DNA of 64,000 nucleotides, from the IMG/VR virus record IMGVR_UViG_3300021387_000994, positions 32,001 to 96,000 of that record; one strand, 5' to 3'. Below, in pieces: positions 38,968 to 49,287 of the stretch. The first letter of the stretch is position 1. Each line of letters opens with the position of its first letter. The notes beneath the pieces are model-generated. The model was not told the DNA's origin. It worked only from the letters and a program-made list of their open reading frames with translations, and did not search any database. This DNA is from a virus (taxonomy: Duplodnaviria > Caudoviricetes). Made by a program: the position numbers and the translations under genes.

Positions 38968-40563
38968 ATGGATAATTTAAACAAAAATATGCTCAATTTG
39001 ATTGCAAGTTTCAAGAAAACAGGTCAATCAGATGAAGTTATTAAACAGAGTTTATGGCAGATGGGTATGATTCCCGAATTGATAGATTCTCATATCGACT
39101 ATTACAATTCACATCAATCAGATGTCTATAAACCTTATGTTGGTCCGATAGTAAAAGAAAACAATAACAATATGGAATTGACGTTAGAAAATTTGTACAA
39201 AAGTACACTTAAAGCAATAGACGCTTTAAAAGAAATGAGGAACGATGATAAGTTCGGATTCTCGGCAGCTACAGCACAATCCATCATTGAGAACAATCTT
39301 TCTAAACTAAATATCTCAAATGATAACGAGGTTATTCTTAAAGAATGTATCAAAGAGGGAAAAGATATTGAAGACACACTTGTAAATCCAGTACTTAAAT
39401 ATTCTGTTGCAGAGAATATGTTCTATGATTTGACACAATATGACTGGATTATGCCTGTCTCAGACCTCCGTGAGTCTTTGTTTGAGACGTTCAGTGGTGA
39501 CAAATGGGGTTATGTTGCAGCAAAATTTGCAAAGAAAATTGCAAAGGATACAAGTAACAAAGCATTTGAAAATCTATACGAGTCACTCATTGACACTTTG
39601 ATTGACGAAGATAACAAGAGACTCGCCCTTAAAAATGTCTTGATGGAAAATACTTGGAATGGTGATGCAAAGGGAATCCTTATGTCAATCATTGCTGAAG
39701 AGAAAGAAGAACAAGGTCAAGTTGACACAAGAATCTATGAGAACAACAACTGTTCAATCCGTAAAAATATTTCCCCTTGTATTGTTGATGGTGAAAACAA
39801 AGTATTCTTCTTGAATGGTAAGAACTATATATTCAATGGAAAAGAACTCAAAGAAGCAAAGGTTACTGACAGAAGATACCTTAACGTACTCGAGGGTCTT
39901 TCTTTAATGAAATATGAAGAAGATAAGAATCGTTTTGTATACTATGGGAAGAACAATATGCTTCTCGAATATAATTGTGATACAGACAAATTCAATCTTA
40001 CCGGTGTAGAGAATTTCTCAGACATGAGTCTTATTGATATGAACGAAACTTTGAAGAGATGTGGTATCTTTGACCGTGAGACAATTCAAATTTGTGAGAA
40101 ACTCATCAAGTTCTACGAAAGCAAAGACCTTCTCACAGAAATCGACACTATCACAACAATAAGTAGAAACGATGTCGCCGGTGTTATGGTAAGTATCATC
40201 AATGTTGAAGAAGGTATCATTGTCAATAAAGTAAATCTCCCATTCAACTATAACGAATTAGTTTCTTGCAAAACTGCAACAGAGGCATGTAAGGTTATTA
40301 AGGAGTTCATTAAATACGATGCAACATCTATTCTTGAAGAGCAATTGAAGAAAGAGGGTGAAGAAAGAGCAATCATTGAGTCAAAAAGAAACGAAATTAA
40401 AGATACTCTTGCATTTTTGACAGAAAAGAGAGCAGAACTCATCAGTGCAATCCAAGAAACTGACAACAATGAGCAACTCAAAGAAGCATTGAAACTTGTC
40501 GAAGGTGAGATTCGTAAATTTGAAAAAGAACTTCAAGAATCTTACATCGAAAAAAAAAATTAA
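38968..40563 (+). CDS. late structural (head/core-like) protein with C-terminal coiled coil
   Basis: Late promoter at 38940-38947; many (I/L/V)xE sites; ends in an A10 run. Confidence 0.65.
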   Translation: MDNLNKNMLNLIASFKKTGQSDEVIKQSLWQMGMIPELIDSHIDYYNSHQSDVYKPYVGPIVKENNNNMELTLENLYKSTLKAIDALKEMRNDDKFGFSAATAQSIIENNLSKLNISNDNEVILKECIKEGKDIEDTLVNPVLKYSVAENMFYDLTQYDWIMPVSDLRESLFETFSGDKWGYVAAKFAKKIAKDTSNKAFENLYESLIDTLIDEDNKRLALKNVLMENTWNGDAKGILMSIIAEEKEEQGQVDTRIYENNNCSIRKNISPCIVDGENKVFFLNGKNYIFNGKELKEAKVTDRRYLNVLEGLSLMKYEEDKNRFVYYGKNNMLLEYNCDTDKFNLTGVENFSDMSLIDMNETLKRCGIFDRETIQICEKLIKFYESKDLLTEIDTITTISRNDVAGVMVSIINVEEGIIVNKVNLPFNYNELVSCKTATEACKVIKEFIKYDATSILEEQLKKEGEERAIIESKRNEIKDTLAFLTEKRAELISAIQETDNNEQLKEALKLVEGEIRKFEKELQESYIEKKN

Positions 40564-40814
40564 GTGAATCGTTCATAGATGAACCTTCAGACCCGAGTCA
40601 ATTGGACTTTAACAAAAAGAAAATGTTAAAAAACGGATATATGGAAATGGTTGTAAAGATTCCAGTTGAAGGACTTAAAGAAGGTGATGTAGTATTTGCT
40701 TTGACAAATGAATTTGGACAGATAGGTGATGATGCTTCAATTAAAGTATGGAAAAACGAGAAAGATGATAAAGGTATTATAATACCGGTCAAAAATCTCG
40801 AGATAAAACAATAA
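40557..40814 (+). CDS. probable -1 frameshift extension of 38968 (or small separate gene)
   Basis: The -1 frame is open from the A10 run (40550-40559) through ORF 40602-40814. Confidence 0.55.
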   Translation, partial: KLSESFIDEPSDPSQLDFNKKKMLKNGYMEMVVKIPVEGLKEGDVVFALTNEFGQIGDDASIKVWKNEKDDKGIIIPVKNLEIKQ

Positions 40815-40877
40815 AAACTGGGAATTAAAAACAATTCCCAGTTTTGTTATATTTATATATATAATAAAATTTAGTCT

Positions 40878-41258
40878 ATGGGTAAGTCTAACACAAAGAA
40901 GTACTACCTGGACAACGATGAGCTAAAAACAGAAATTCTAAAATGTAAAGACAGTAAGGTTGCAAGTGAAAAATTAGGACAAATGTTCTTTAAAATAGTT
41001 GAGAATGTTTCTAGAAGTTTCTATTGGGAGAATAAAGACGATGGTGATGACTGTAAAGCAAACGCCTTGTTTGATTTATGTAAAAACTTCTGGAAATATG
41101 AACCAGAAAACGGAAATGCATTTGCTTTCTGCACACAAATAGCTTACTTCGGAATAGCAGGCGGGAAAAGGATTCTGTACCCCAAAAAGTATGAAGGTAC
41201 AGTTTCACTAACTTGTATAGATGATGACGGTAACAATTTTGAAATGTACAACATTTAA
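40878..41258 (+). CDS. gp55: gp55-like late sigma factor
   Basis: YYLDNDEL..LGQMF.KI..S..F..NAFAFCTQIAY, matching the gp55 pattern. Confidence 0.75.
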   Translation: MGKSNTKKYYLDNDELKTEILKCKDSKVASEKLGQMFFKIVENVSRSFYWENKDDGDDCKANALFDLCKNFWKYEPENGNAFAFCTQIAYFGIAGGKRILYPKKYEGTVSLTCIDDDGNNFEMYNI

Positions 41259-41322
41259 AGAGACAACAAAAGTTGTCTCTTTTTTTTTATAACCATAAAT
41301 ACAATATATATTATATTTTATT

Positions 41323-42612
41323 ATGAGTAACAATTTGTTTCAAAACGACAACATAGTAGGAAATTCATTAATCGGTTTTGAATTTAGAGCAATTTTCGAT
41401 ATGGACGACAATTCATTAATTGAAAAATTGAAAAATGTTCTAAATAGAGAAATCTCATTTTCAAATATAGAATATAAGTTACTTGAACCAACTAATAGTA
41501 CGGCTATCTTAATGAAAGACGGACAATATTCTATCATAAAAACCGCCCTCTATAATTATTATGAGGCGGTTTATGTAATGCCTAAGATTATAGAACTTCT
41601 TAAAGAGATAAAAGAAGTAAGAAACACATACATACATTTCGATATTGGTTTCAATGAAGATTTCTGTGAAGTAAAAAATTTAAATATTGTTAAATTTATT
41701 TTGGAATTAAATGAAGACAGTATTTTGAAAAATATAGGTGATGTTACACAAAATGGTGAATTTAAAAAACTTACAGACATTAAACCAACTTCATACAATG
41801 ATTGTACAGATAAAGTTCAAAAACAAATAGAATCACTAAAACAACTTGATGAAGATGATTCAATATACGGAATAGACTTTTCAAAAGTAAATACCGGTAT
41901 CATAACTTTTAAATATAGTGAGAATATAGACTACAGAAACAAATGGGAAGGTATTCTGAAATCATTAAACCATACGATATCCACACTATATAATTCTACA
42001 AAATACAACGAACTCACAGATGAGCAAGTAAAAAAGATAGATGATTGGAATGAGCAGTACGATGAATATGAAAAATCATTCAGATGTTTTGAACTTTTCA
42101 AAGAAAGATTCAAATCAATAAAAATAACAGTAGATTTAAACGACGATAAATCTGTTATTGATGTGATATTTCCATCTATAAAGGAAAAATTATTTGACAT
42201 AGTTATCTGCAATAACATCCGTACAGCAGAAATAAACTACGACTCGGATGTATCCAAACTACAAGTTAAAGACATAACTCTAAAAGGTTGTTACCATTTA
42301 AGAGATGTAGATATAGTCGATAGTGAGATACAAAATTCAAACATCAGAAAATGTGACATCTATGATACAAAGATTACAAATAGTAATATCATAGAATGTA
42401 ACTTATTCGGATATGCAAACTGCAAAGACTCAAAATTCAAAGATTGTTTTATCAGTCGAAACATAGAATTAAAAGATTGTGAAGTTACTGGCAAACTAGG
42501 AAAATTTGGTGGTACGATGAAAGGAGGTACCTTGAAAAACACAACTGTTTTGGTAGATAGTGCAGACATACACGATGATGTTGAAAAAATAAATGTAAAC
42601 GAGATAATGTAA
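41323..42612 (+). CDS. degenerate amidoligase-like domain + beta-helix repeats
   Basis: IGFEF, IHFDIG; C-terminal 5-residue periodic repeats (DSEIQNSNIRKCDIYDTKITNSNI). Confidence 0.5.
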   Translation: MSNNLFQNDNIVGNSLIGFEFRAIFDMDDNSLIEKLKNVLNREISFSNIEYKLLEPTNSTAILMKDGQYSIIKTALYNYYEAVYVMPKIIELLKEIKEVRNTYIHFDIGFNEDFCEVKNLNIVKFILELNEDSILKNIGDVTQNGEFKKLTDIKPTSYNDCTDKVQKQIESLKQLDEDDSIYGIDFSKVNTGIITFKYSENIDYRNKWEGILKSLNHTISTLYNSTKYNELTDEQVKKIDDWNEQYDEYEKSFRCFELFKERFKSIKITVDLNDDKSVIDVIFPSIKEKLFDIVICNNIRTAEINYDSDVSKLQVKDITLKGCYHLRDVDIVDSEIQNSNIRKCDIYDTKITNSNIIECNLFGYANCKDSKFKDCFISRNIELKDCEVTGKLGKFGGTMKGGTLKNTTVLVDSADIHDDVEKINVNEIM

Positions 42613-42613
42613 T

Positions 42614-42973
42614 ATGTTGAAAGAAATATATTCAATTCCAAACGGAGAAACTCGATATAAAAAAGACGTGATGGAATTGACAAGTGAATTAGATGTGATA
42701 ATACAGCAAGTTGACCTTTTACTATTCACAAATAAAGGTGATGTGTTGATGATGCCGGAATTTGGTTGCAATCTAGAACAATATCTATTCGAGACATCAT
42801 TCAACGAATCTGTCATAAAGTCGATAATTATGAACCAGATAAATACTTTCATTTATCTTAAAGGAACATATACGGTCGATGTAGATGTCAGTTTCATTAA
42901 ATGGGATTTCAATGTCGCCATGGTGGTAGATTTGAAAATAAACAATAAGGTAATTTCATCATACTTGGTGTAA
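42614..42973 (+). CDS. gp25: gp25-like baseplate wedge subunit
   Basis: LLFTNKGDVLMMPEFGCNLEQYLFE. Confidence 0.85.
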   Translation: MLKEIYSIPNGETRYKKDVMELTSELDVIIQQVDLLLFTNKGDVLMMPEFGCNLEQYLFETSFNESVIKSIIMNQINTFIYLKGTYTVDVDVSFIKWDFNVAMVVDLKINNKVISSYLV

Positions 42974-43032
42974 ATTACCTTTTCTTATTATAGTCATCCA
43001 TAAATATACTATATAATCAATTATAGAATTTT

Positions 43033-44808
43033 ATGTTCTTATCGAAAGCAAGACTTAAAGCGTCAGAATTAATTGAACAGGCAGTTACATTTTTAGTTTC
43101 AAAATATGAGCAAGCAGCCCACGTTTTCACGCCGGCATCACCATTCGGACAATTGTTGATTGTAATATCAAATATGGCCGAACTTATTTTCACGTACATC
43201 ACACACTCGGCAGAGGAATTGAATATATCAACTGCACAGAACGTCGAGAGTATTCATGGTCTTGCAAGACTTACCGGACACGATGCTTATCGTGGTGCTT
43301 CTGCATATGGTGTAATGCAGATAAAATTGAATAATTCATCACTTGATTATATTAAAGGAAATTATTTGACAATTAATAATTTCACAAAGTTTTCAATAGC
43401 AGAAACAAGTGCAAACTATTTTTTAAATCTTCCTAATGACTACATCCGTATTTCAAAATCTGAAGACAATTTTATAAATATAAACTATATTCAAGGTGAG
43501 ATTGATTCCCAAACATTTATTTCAGACGGAACACCTCTCCAAACATTTAACCCAGTTGTAAAAAATATGACTGACAATGATAATGTCACAGTCACAGTAA
43601 ATGGTAAAGAATGGAGAAAAGTTGAGAGTCTATATGACATGCCTGCTGACGACGGATATAATGAAGATTGTGAATGTTTTATGGTAAAGTCATCTGTAAA
43701 TGTAGGATTGACAGTTATATTCGGAAACGGACATTTTGGAAAGATTCCAGAGACTGGTTCAAATATAGAAGTCACATATATCAAGACGGTCGGATATGCT
43801 GGTAATGCACATTCAGACAATCTCACATTTGAATTTACGGACACTGGTATAGACGAGATGGGTAACGAAGTAGATTTGAATGAAGTACTCTTGATAAAGA
43901 GTGTGACACCACCGACGATGGGTTGTGACTATGAAGACCCAGAATTTACAAAACTTATTGCCCCAAAGACAAGTAAGTCATTCGTTCTAGCAACACCAGA
44001 AAACTATGTCAGTTTTCTTTCAAAGTATAATCAGTTCTCATTTATAGATGCTTATAACACAAAGGATGATGGAAATCTTGAAGATGATAATATTGTTTAT
44101 TTGAGACTCATTCCCAATATTAAAAAGAAACTATCTTCAACAGAAGACTATTTCCAACTTCCGGAAAAGGAATACTTCTTGACTGATGATGAAAAATCAG
44201 CGGTTATACAAGCAATAGAAGACTCTGGTCAAATGTTGATTTCATCTGAGGTTTATATCGTAGACCCAGTTATTAAAAGATTTGCAATCAATGTAATTAT
44301 CAGATATTTCGAAAATGCAAACAAAACTGCAATAAGAACCGACATCAGAAATATTTTCGGAAAGTATTTCTTGAATATAAACAGAAGGGACATCATACCT
44401 TTGTCGGATTTGATTTCTATTGTAGAAGGTGTTGAAGGAGTTGATACATGTGATGTTTTCTTCACAACAGAAGAAAACGAGAACGCCATCAAATACGGAT
44501 ACTACACAACAACCAAACAAAGATGGAATAACTACACACTAAGATACGAAAGTGTCGATACAAGAATATATGTGAATACGGGTGAAGACCCACAAGTAGG
44601 ATTCGACAGTTTCGGAAACATAATGGTACCAGAAAACTGCATCTACATACCAAAAGGTGGTTGGAGAGACAGAAACGGTAACTACTACACTGAAACACCG
44701 GAAACAGGAAAGCTTGGTCCGTTGAACATATTCTTCACCGATGAAGTTAATGACACAATATATAATCAGACAATGCAAAAAAGATTTGCAAAATTATTGA
44801 ACAAGTAA
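43033..44808 (+). CDS. gp6: gp6-like baseplate wedge protein
   Basis: TAQNVESIHGLARLTG, VTVNGKEW, VIFGNGHFGKIP..IEVTY..T.G..GN. Confidence 0.8.
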   Translation: MFLSKARLKASELIEQAVTFLVSKYEQAAHVFTPASPFGQLLIVISNMAELIFTYITHSAEELNISTAQNVESIHGLARLTGHDAYRGASAYGVMQIKLNNSSLDYIKGNYLTINNFTKFSIAETSANYFLNLPNDYIRISKSEDNFININYIQGEIDSQTFISDGTPLQTFNPVVKNMTDNDNVTVTVNGKEWRKVESLYDMPADDGYNEDCECFMVKSSVNVGLTVIFGNGHFGKIPETGSNIEVTYIKTVGYAGNAHSDNLTFEFTDTGIDEMGNEVDLNEVLLIKSVTPPTMGCDYEDPEFTKLIAPKTSKSFVLATPENYVSFLSKYNQFSFIDAYNTKDDGNLEDDNIVYLRLIPNIKKKLSSTEDYFQLPEKEYFLTDDEKSAVIQAIEDSGQMLISSEVYIVDPVIKRFAINVIIRYFENANKTAIRTDIRNIFGKYFLNINRRDIIPLSDLISIVEGVEGVDTCDVFFTTEENENAIKYGYYTTTKQRWNNYTLRYESVDTRIYVNTGEDPQVGFDSFGNIMVPENCIYIPKGGWRDRNGNYYTETPETGKLGPLNIFFTDEVNDTIYNQTMQKRFAKLLNK

Positions 44809-44809
44809 T

Positions 44810-45094
44810 ATGGACACAAGTAAGAACACAGATATAAACATTATTAAATACAAAGGGTTTGATTCTATTTACGACCAAATTAATACAAGTAGATGGAAAC
44901 TAAAAAACCTTGGATACAAATATGAAGACACACTCTTTGAAGACAATACAAGTAAGTATCTCCAAAGAAACACAATGATGGTAAGTATGTTCAAGTATCT
45001 CAACAAAATAATGTCACATTTAATTAACAGTGTTAAATATCTGAGAAACTATAACAATTACGCCGTACCAAAAGATTATAAATTTATAAACTAA
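44810..45094 (+). CDS. hypothetical baseplate-region protein
   Basis: Tightly coupled to both neighbours. Confidence 0.65.
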   Translation: MDTSKNTDINIIKYKGFDSIYDQINTSRWKLKNLGYKYEDTLFEDNTSKYLQRNTMMVSMFKYLNKIMSHLINSVKYLRNYNNYAVPKDYKFIN

Positions 45095-47943
45095 TGAATG
45101 TAAAAAATTTAGTATTTTTCGACAATAGTGGATACAATTTGAACTTTGAGTGGAATAATTCACTAAAGTTATGGGAAGGAAATATCTATTTTCCAAAGGT
45201 GAGTGTTGGTCTGTATTCAAACACCAACATATATATCATGGAAAAAATCACTGAATGGTCTGATTCAGACATTGAAGAGTATTACTATTTCCCACAAAAA
45301 GATGAGTCCGACAATACTCTGACATTTTCGTGGGATATACTGAATACGTTTGTTGATGAATTTTTTATGTTCGATTTCGACACGACATACTATGCCTTGC
45401 ACGACTATGAAACTTCGGCTTTAGAATATACACCAAACAACGGTCCAGAACTCGAGACATTGATTGTAAAAACATTTGACAAATATGAAGTGGAGTTAGA
45501 TGACAATTTTTCGACAAAGTCTCTACCTTTACATATTGCATTCTCGTCACCGGCCAAATTTGATGCAACAACATTCAAAAGAACATTGGATATTTCTTAT
45601 GGTTCAAGAAAAATTGCAAGAATAACATTTTTTGCCGAAACAATAGAGGAAGACGAGCGTCTTAAAGTACTAAACAAAAATTTAGGGTACAATATCAAAC
45701 CGGAAGATACAATAATCTTTAAAGATGCAGACATAAAAGAAATATATCCAGACTATAAGTTATTGAATGAAAAAAGAAAAGAACTTATGATAGAGGGACA
45801 TAACATTTACCCATACATAGGTTCATATAAAGCAATCATAAACGTAATCAAATATTTCGGTTATGAGAATCTGAACATAATAGAATATTGGAGAAACGTT
45901 GATTTCCAGAGTGAAAACTTCGGTAAGATATTTGCAACGTCAAAATACAAACTCACGAACAAAGAAACTATAAACGTGAGTGGTAAAATTATACCCATTC
46001 CAAACAAAAATTACAGGAAACTCAACAATATATCGCTTGTTTATACTATAAACCATCCGACAAAAGAATTCGACTATCTTGAACTTCCACTTGTTAAAGA
46101 AGATTTCGACTTTACTATGGAAGAGGTACTGATTAAACTTTTCACCCTCCGTAGAAAATTGAATGCAGAATTTATGCCATCATCATCAAGAATAGTCGAC
46201 ATTATTGGAGAAGGTTATTATTTTGGACTAGAAGATGTCATAAACAATGCAGTTACACCGGATGATGAGAAAACGTTTGAAAAGAAAAGACTTCATCATC
46301 CAAGTATATCTATTTTTCCAAGCACTAAAGTATTCACACCAAAAATCAAAGAGGTTGATTTTGTAGATTCTGATTCTGAACATTTCGACTATGTTGAAGA
46401 CTTAACTGAGAACTTACCAGATGGGTTTGAATTTAACACATGTACAACACATATAACAGACAACAGGCAATTCAGACAATATGCAATAGAACAATACTAT
46501 GATATTGAAATAGAACCAAATTTCTATAAAATAAATTTGGAAACTCCAATATCAAATGTAGGTGATGTCCCAATCGAATCAGTGGAAGAAGAATATTTAG
46601 GTGGAGACTCTGATTCAGACATATTGAATAATATATATTCATTTGAAAACATTCCTATCGTCAATGACATATCTGACGATGAAAGTGATAGTGAATATTT
46701 CAAAAAAGGACTCACAGACTATTATGAAGAATACTACAACAAAGTAATGTCTGGAGAACTTCCAGAGATAGAGTTTGAACCAAATTTTCACGATGATGAA
46801 ATGGATATAAAACCATCAGCAAAAGTCATCCTCGAAAATACATCATTCGACACAGTTAAATTCAGACAAATTTTGGACACATTCGGTGACTCTAATTTAA
46901 ACGGAATGACATTTGGAAACATAGACACCACATATTATGGATTTGAAGAAATAAGATGGGTTGTAAAAACATCCGAAAACCAAGATGACGAGGATTTAAA
47001 AAAGATTGGTGTGAATTACACATTTGAAGCACGTGATTTCACATTCGACACCAATTTTCAAAGTATATACGATTTCAGAAAGATACTAGTTGAACTTCCA
47101 TTTGTTGGATATTATGATGTAGAAATGACATTCAAAAACGATGATGGAACCGTAAAATATATTTTTGAGAAAGCAATAAAGGTAGAACCATATAATCTTG
47201 ACATACGTGGTTTTTACTATGATGCAAGAAGTCTTCCTGAAGATTTACAATATGATTTTAAATCTTATGACATAGAAGTAGTTGATGGTAGTGACAGTGA
47301 TATTACAAACGACTACATCGACTTCATTCGTAGAAGACTAACCGATATGTCGAACTTTGCACTCACTGAAAGACTTTATGAGACAGACAGAGATAAATCG
47401 ATGCCATTGTATGGTATAGATGATGATGGTTTAAGATATACTATCAATTCTGGTCCGTATGGTGGTGGTTATATCAATGAAAGTTGGTATCTACTAGACA
47501 ATCTAAATTATGACATAACTTCACTTAATCCAGAATTAAATATTGAAAGTGCAAGATACATTAAAAATGCAGTGGATGTAAAACCATACACATGGTTCTT
47601 GTTAGGATTTGATGAGTCAAAAATAACAAGTGTTGTCAATCCAAAATGGAAACTCACAAACCTCACAAGGGGAGAATCCGTTGAACATGAAGGAAGATAC
47701 TTTACACTTCTTTTGAAAAAGGAAGGTGACTACATGATTGAACTCTCATTGGAAGACACTAACGGTAATAAATATAGTACAAAGAGAAATATCATCATAG
47801 TCGATAAAGATGCAAACTATAAGTTATACAAGTTATTCAAAGAAGACTACGATGCATCTGTAAAAGAAAACGAACAAAGAGATGCAATGTTTTATCAGAA
47901 TCTTGCACGACTAAGTACATCGATGACAATAGACGATGAATAA
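45094..47943 (+). CDS. large baseplate/virion structural protein
   Basis: 949 aa after gp6; GSYKAIINVIKYFGY; Ig/PKD-like GYYDVEM and GDYMIEL segments. Confidence 0.6.
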   Translation: MNVKNLVFFDNSGYNLNFEWNNSLKLWEGNIYFPKVSVGLYSNTNIYIMEKITEWSDSDIEEYYYFPQKDESDNTLTFSWDILNTFVDEFFMFDFDTTYYALHDYETSALEYTPNNGPELETLIVKTFDKYEVELDDNFSTKSLPLHIAFSSPAKFDATTFKRTLDISYGSRKIARITFFAETIEEDERLKVLNKNLGYNIKPEDTIIFKDADIKEIYPDYKLLNEKRKELMIEGHNIYPYIGSYKAIINVIKYFGYENLNIIEYWRNVDFQSENFGKIFATSKYKLTNKETINVSGKIIPIPNKNYRKLNNISLVYTINHPTKEFDYLELPLVKEDFDFTMEEVLIKLFTLRRKLNAEFMPSSSRIVDIIGEGYYFGLEDVINNAVTPDDEKTFEKKRLHHPSISIFPSTKVFTPKIKEVDFVDSDSEHFDYVEDLTENLPDGFEFNTCTTHITDNRQFRQYAIEQYYDIEIEPNFYKINLETPISNVGDVPIESVEEEYLGGDSDSDILNNIYSFENIPIVNDISDDESDSEYFKKGLTDYYEEYYNKVMSGELPEIEFEPNFHDDEMDIKPSAKVILENTSFDTVKFRQILDTFGDSNLNGMTFGNIDTTYYGFEEIRWVVKTSENQDDEDLKKIGVNYTFEARDFTFDTNFQSIYDFRKILVELPFVGYYDVEMTFKNDDGTVKYIFEKAIKVEPYNLDIRGFYYDARSLPEDLQYDFKSYDIEVVDGSDSDITNDYIDFIRRRLTDMSNFALTERLYETDRDKSMPLYGIDDDGLRYTINSGPYGGGYINESWYLLDNLNYDITSLNPELNIESARYIKNAVDVKPYTWFLLGFDESKITSVVNPKWKLTNLTRGESVEHEGRYFTLLLKKEGDYMIELSLEDTNGNKYSTKRNIIIVDKDANYKLYKLFKEDYDASVKENEQRDAMFYQNLARLSTSMTIDDE

Positions 47944-47963
47944 AATAAACAAAATAAAAAAAT

Positions 47964-48599
47964 ATGGAAGATATTATTTTTAATAAAAGAGAAGATGAAA
48001 CACCAATTATGGTAACAGAACCAGAAACAACAGAAGTAGTTCCATCAGTTGAACCAAATGACATTGTGATTCCAGAATCACCAGAAGGTTGTGAAGGTGC
48101 ATTACCTTGTGATTGTCCAACTTGTGATACCCCAACTTGTGATACCCCAACTTGTGATTGTCCAACTTGTGATTGTTACACGGAAAAAAATTTAACCATT
48201 GGTGAATTTTTTGGAACACTTATAGAAAGTATTCCAATTACTTGGAGATACCATCTCAAATCAAGAAAGCATTCTGAACATGTTATTCTTGAAGAGTATT
48301 ATGAAGATGCACAAGAAATAATAGACAGAATCATTGAGAGTTATCAAGGTAAATTCGATGTGATACTTGAATATGGAAACCGTATATTCGACAATGGAAA
48401 AGAAGATATACTATATCTGTCAGAACTTAGAGATTTTGTACAGAATGGTAGAAATATGTTTGGTGACATTGTATCGTCATCTGAAATAATGTCCGAAATT
48501 GACACACTTTTAAGTTTGCTTGATTCAACATTATACAAACTAAAAAATCTCACAGAATCAAAAAAACCATTCAAAACATTTGAAGAGTTTGTAAAATAA
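47964..48599 (+). CDS. ferritin-like (DUF5856-type) protein with Cys-rich repeat
   Basis: HLKS..HSEH..LEEYY..IDRIIESYQG..LYKL. Confidence 0.65.
   Translation: MEDIIFNKREDETPIMVTEPETTEVVPSVEPNDIVIPESPEGCEGALPCDCPTCDTPTCDTPTCDCPTCDCYTEKNLTIGEFFGTLIESIPITWRYHLKSRKHSEHVILEEYYEDAQEIIDRIIESYQGKFDVILEYGNRIFDNGKEDILYLSELRDFVQNGRNMFGDIVSSSEIMSEIDTLLSLLDSTLYKLKNLTESKKPFKTFEEFVK
48107..48177 (+). repeat. 15-bp tandem repeat encoding CD(C/T)PT
   Basis: TTGTGA(TTGT/TACC)CCAAC x4 plus a partial copy. Confidence 0.9.
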
Positions 48600-48629
48600 A
48601 AAAAAAGAACCCAAATGAGGTTCTTTTTT

Positions 48630-49196
48630 TTATACTCTTGATGGTTCCATTTCTATGTTTATCTTGTTGGCTGCCCAACTTGTAGTGATAATTTTCTGGT
48701 CTATTGTATTTGAACTGAAATCAAATTCAAGACCTGACACACCAGTAAAAAGCAAATTGACGAAACTTATTCTATACAACACTTTATTATTGCAATCAAG
48801 TATTTCCATACCAGGTGGTTTTGGAAGATATTTATCCTTGATTTCATAATAGTATATGAACAAATCACACAAAATACTCCAGATAATATACGATTGGTCT
48901 AATTCAAATGTTATCGTCATCTCTTTCCTGAATAGATAGTCTGGATATGCATCAGAACGTGAAATTCTACCGTATGGAGTTCCGGAATCTACTTGAACAA
49001 TAGGGTCATAATTCTGTGGATTGACTTGAAGTTCAACTGACTTAATTTGAAGATTTATAAAATCTATTACTGTATCACACATAATACCTGGTATCCTTTT
49101 CAGAATAGGTCTATATTTTTCTTCAATTTCATCGGGTACGAAAATTTTTGGAAAATGAAAACGAAAATTGTTATTTTTCCCAGATAGAAATGCCAT
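48630..49196 (-). CDS. tail-tube-fold protein (gp3/gp19-like)
   Basis: ITFELDQSYIIW..EILDCNN....ISF.N...T.VSGLEFD; late promoter at 49218-49225. Confidence 0.6.
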   Translation of the reverse strand: MAFLSGKNNNFRFHFPKIFVPDEIEEKYRPILKRIPGIMCDTVIDFINLQIKSVELQVNPQNYDPIVQVDSGTPYGRISRSDAYPDYLFRKEMTITFELDQSYIIWSILCDLFIYYYEIKDKYLPKPPGMEILDCNNKVLYRISFVNLLFTGVSGLEFDFSSNTIDQKIITTSWAANKINIEMEPSRV

Positions 49197-49287
49197 ATTT
49201 AATATCTAATTTTAATATATTTATGATATATAAAAAGGGTGTGGAATATTTCCACACCCTTGAAACAAAACAAGAAAGAGTACTCTT

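Noticed and set aside
48063-48074. ATTGTGATTCCA identical to the first 12 nt of the CRISPR repeat (possible anti-repeat or tracrRNA)
   Set aside because: Short, inside a coding region and 25 kb from the array
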